A stretch of 7,677 bases of DNA, taken from NCBI GenBank assembly GCA_001192655.1, contig BBVC01000062.1:1-7677 (forward strand), written 5' to 3'. The position numbers and the translations under genes were made by a program. Shown in pieces: positions 7,463-7,677 of this stretch. The notes below the pieces were generated by a model that ran no database searches, was not told where the DNA came from, and was given only the letters and a program-made list of their open reading frames with translations. This DNA comes from Caedimonas varicaedens. GTDB taxonomy: Bacteria; Pseudomonadota; Alphaproteobacteria; Caedimonadales; Caedimonadaceae. Each line of letters opens with the position of its first letter. Position 1 is the stretch's first letter.

Positions 7463-7677
7463 CTAAAAACCTTTAAAATGGTTATATTATGGATAATTTT
7501 TAAGAGGATTATTCCATGACCTATTCATTAGATTTTAGACTTCGTGTTTTATCTGTAAAAAAGAAGAAAAATTTGAGTTTTGCTGAAACGGCGGATCTCT
7601 TTGGTGTTGGAGTGACCAGTCTTGTCAGATGGGTCAAGAAGCCTGAGCCTCAGACACATCGTCATAAACCAGCCACT
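7460..7677 (+). mobile_element. Left part of an IS630-family insertion sequence (continues beyond the window)
   Basis: The IS5-type reading frame ends abruptly at about 7462, next to TA dinucleotides (7458-7461); TA is the usual IS630 target. About 55 bp of non-coding left end follows, then an SD and the transposase start. The exact inverted-repeat boundary cannot be set because the right end is not in the window. Confidence 0.5.
7516..7677 (+). CDS. IS630-family transposase, N-terminal helix-turn-helix part (partial, 54 codons, runs off the window)
   Basis: Translation is MTYSLDFRLRVLSVKKKKNLSFAETADLFGVGVTSLVRWVKKPEPQTHRHKPAT. It fits the typical IS630/Tc1-like start (M-x-YS-x-D-L/F-R, FGVs...W-x-K-K/R, then a basic stretch). 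AGAGGA at 7503-7508 lies 7 nt before the ATG. It is absent from the supplied ORF track because it is cut by the window edge. Confidence 0.75.
   Translation, partial: MTYSLDFRLRVLSVKKKKNLSFAETADLFGVGVTSLVRWVKKPEPQTHRHKPAT

Overview
AT-rich bacterial chromosomal segment that is mostly housekeeping. The gene content looks alphaproteobacterial and possibly host-associated, but that is inference only. All intact genes except one lie on the + strand. In order:

- An orphan DEDDh (DnaQ-like) 3'-5' exonuclease (101-730).
- A tightly packed arnB-arnC-arnA-like cassette for 4-amino-4-deoxy-L-arabinose (Ara4N) synthesis (840-4066). Its ArnA homologue is only the C-terminal UDP-glucuronate decarboxylase domain.
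- tRNA-Leu(UAA) (4124-4209).
- A convergent, minus-strand GNAT acetyltransferase with AAC(6')-Ib-like motifs (4263-4865/5012).
- rplU with an approximately 86-aa Lys/Ser/Glu-rich tail, then rpmA.
- An unexplained 356-bp spacer.
- obg/cgtA.
- Immediately after the obg stop, the 3' end of an IS5-family transposase gene (minus strand). It appears to be cut by an IS630-family element whose transposase N-terminus runs off the window.

I do not see a convincing multi-gene defence or other novel system. The points most worth a second look are the minimal arn cassette, which has no formyltransferase, ArnD, ArnT or ArnEF in cis; the rpmA-obg spacer; the tRNA plus GNAT wedge; the orphan exonuclease; and the nested IS junction. 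All family assignments come from motif recognition by eye, and no database search was possible.
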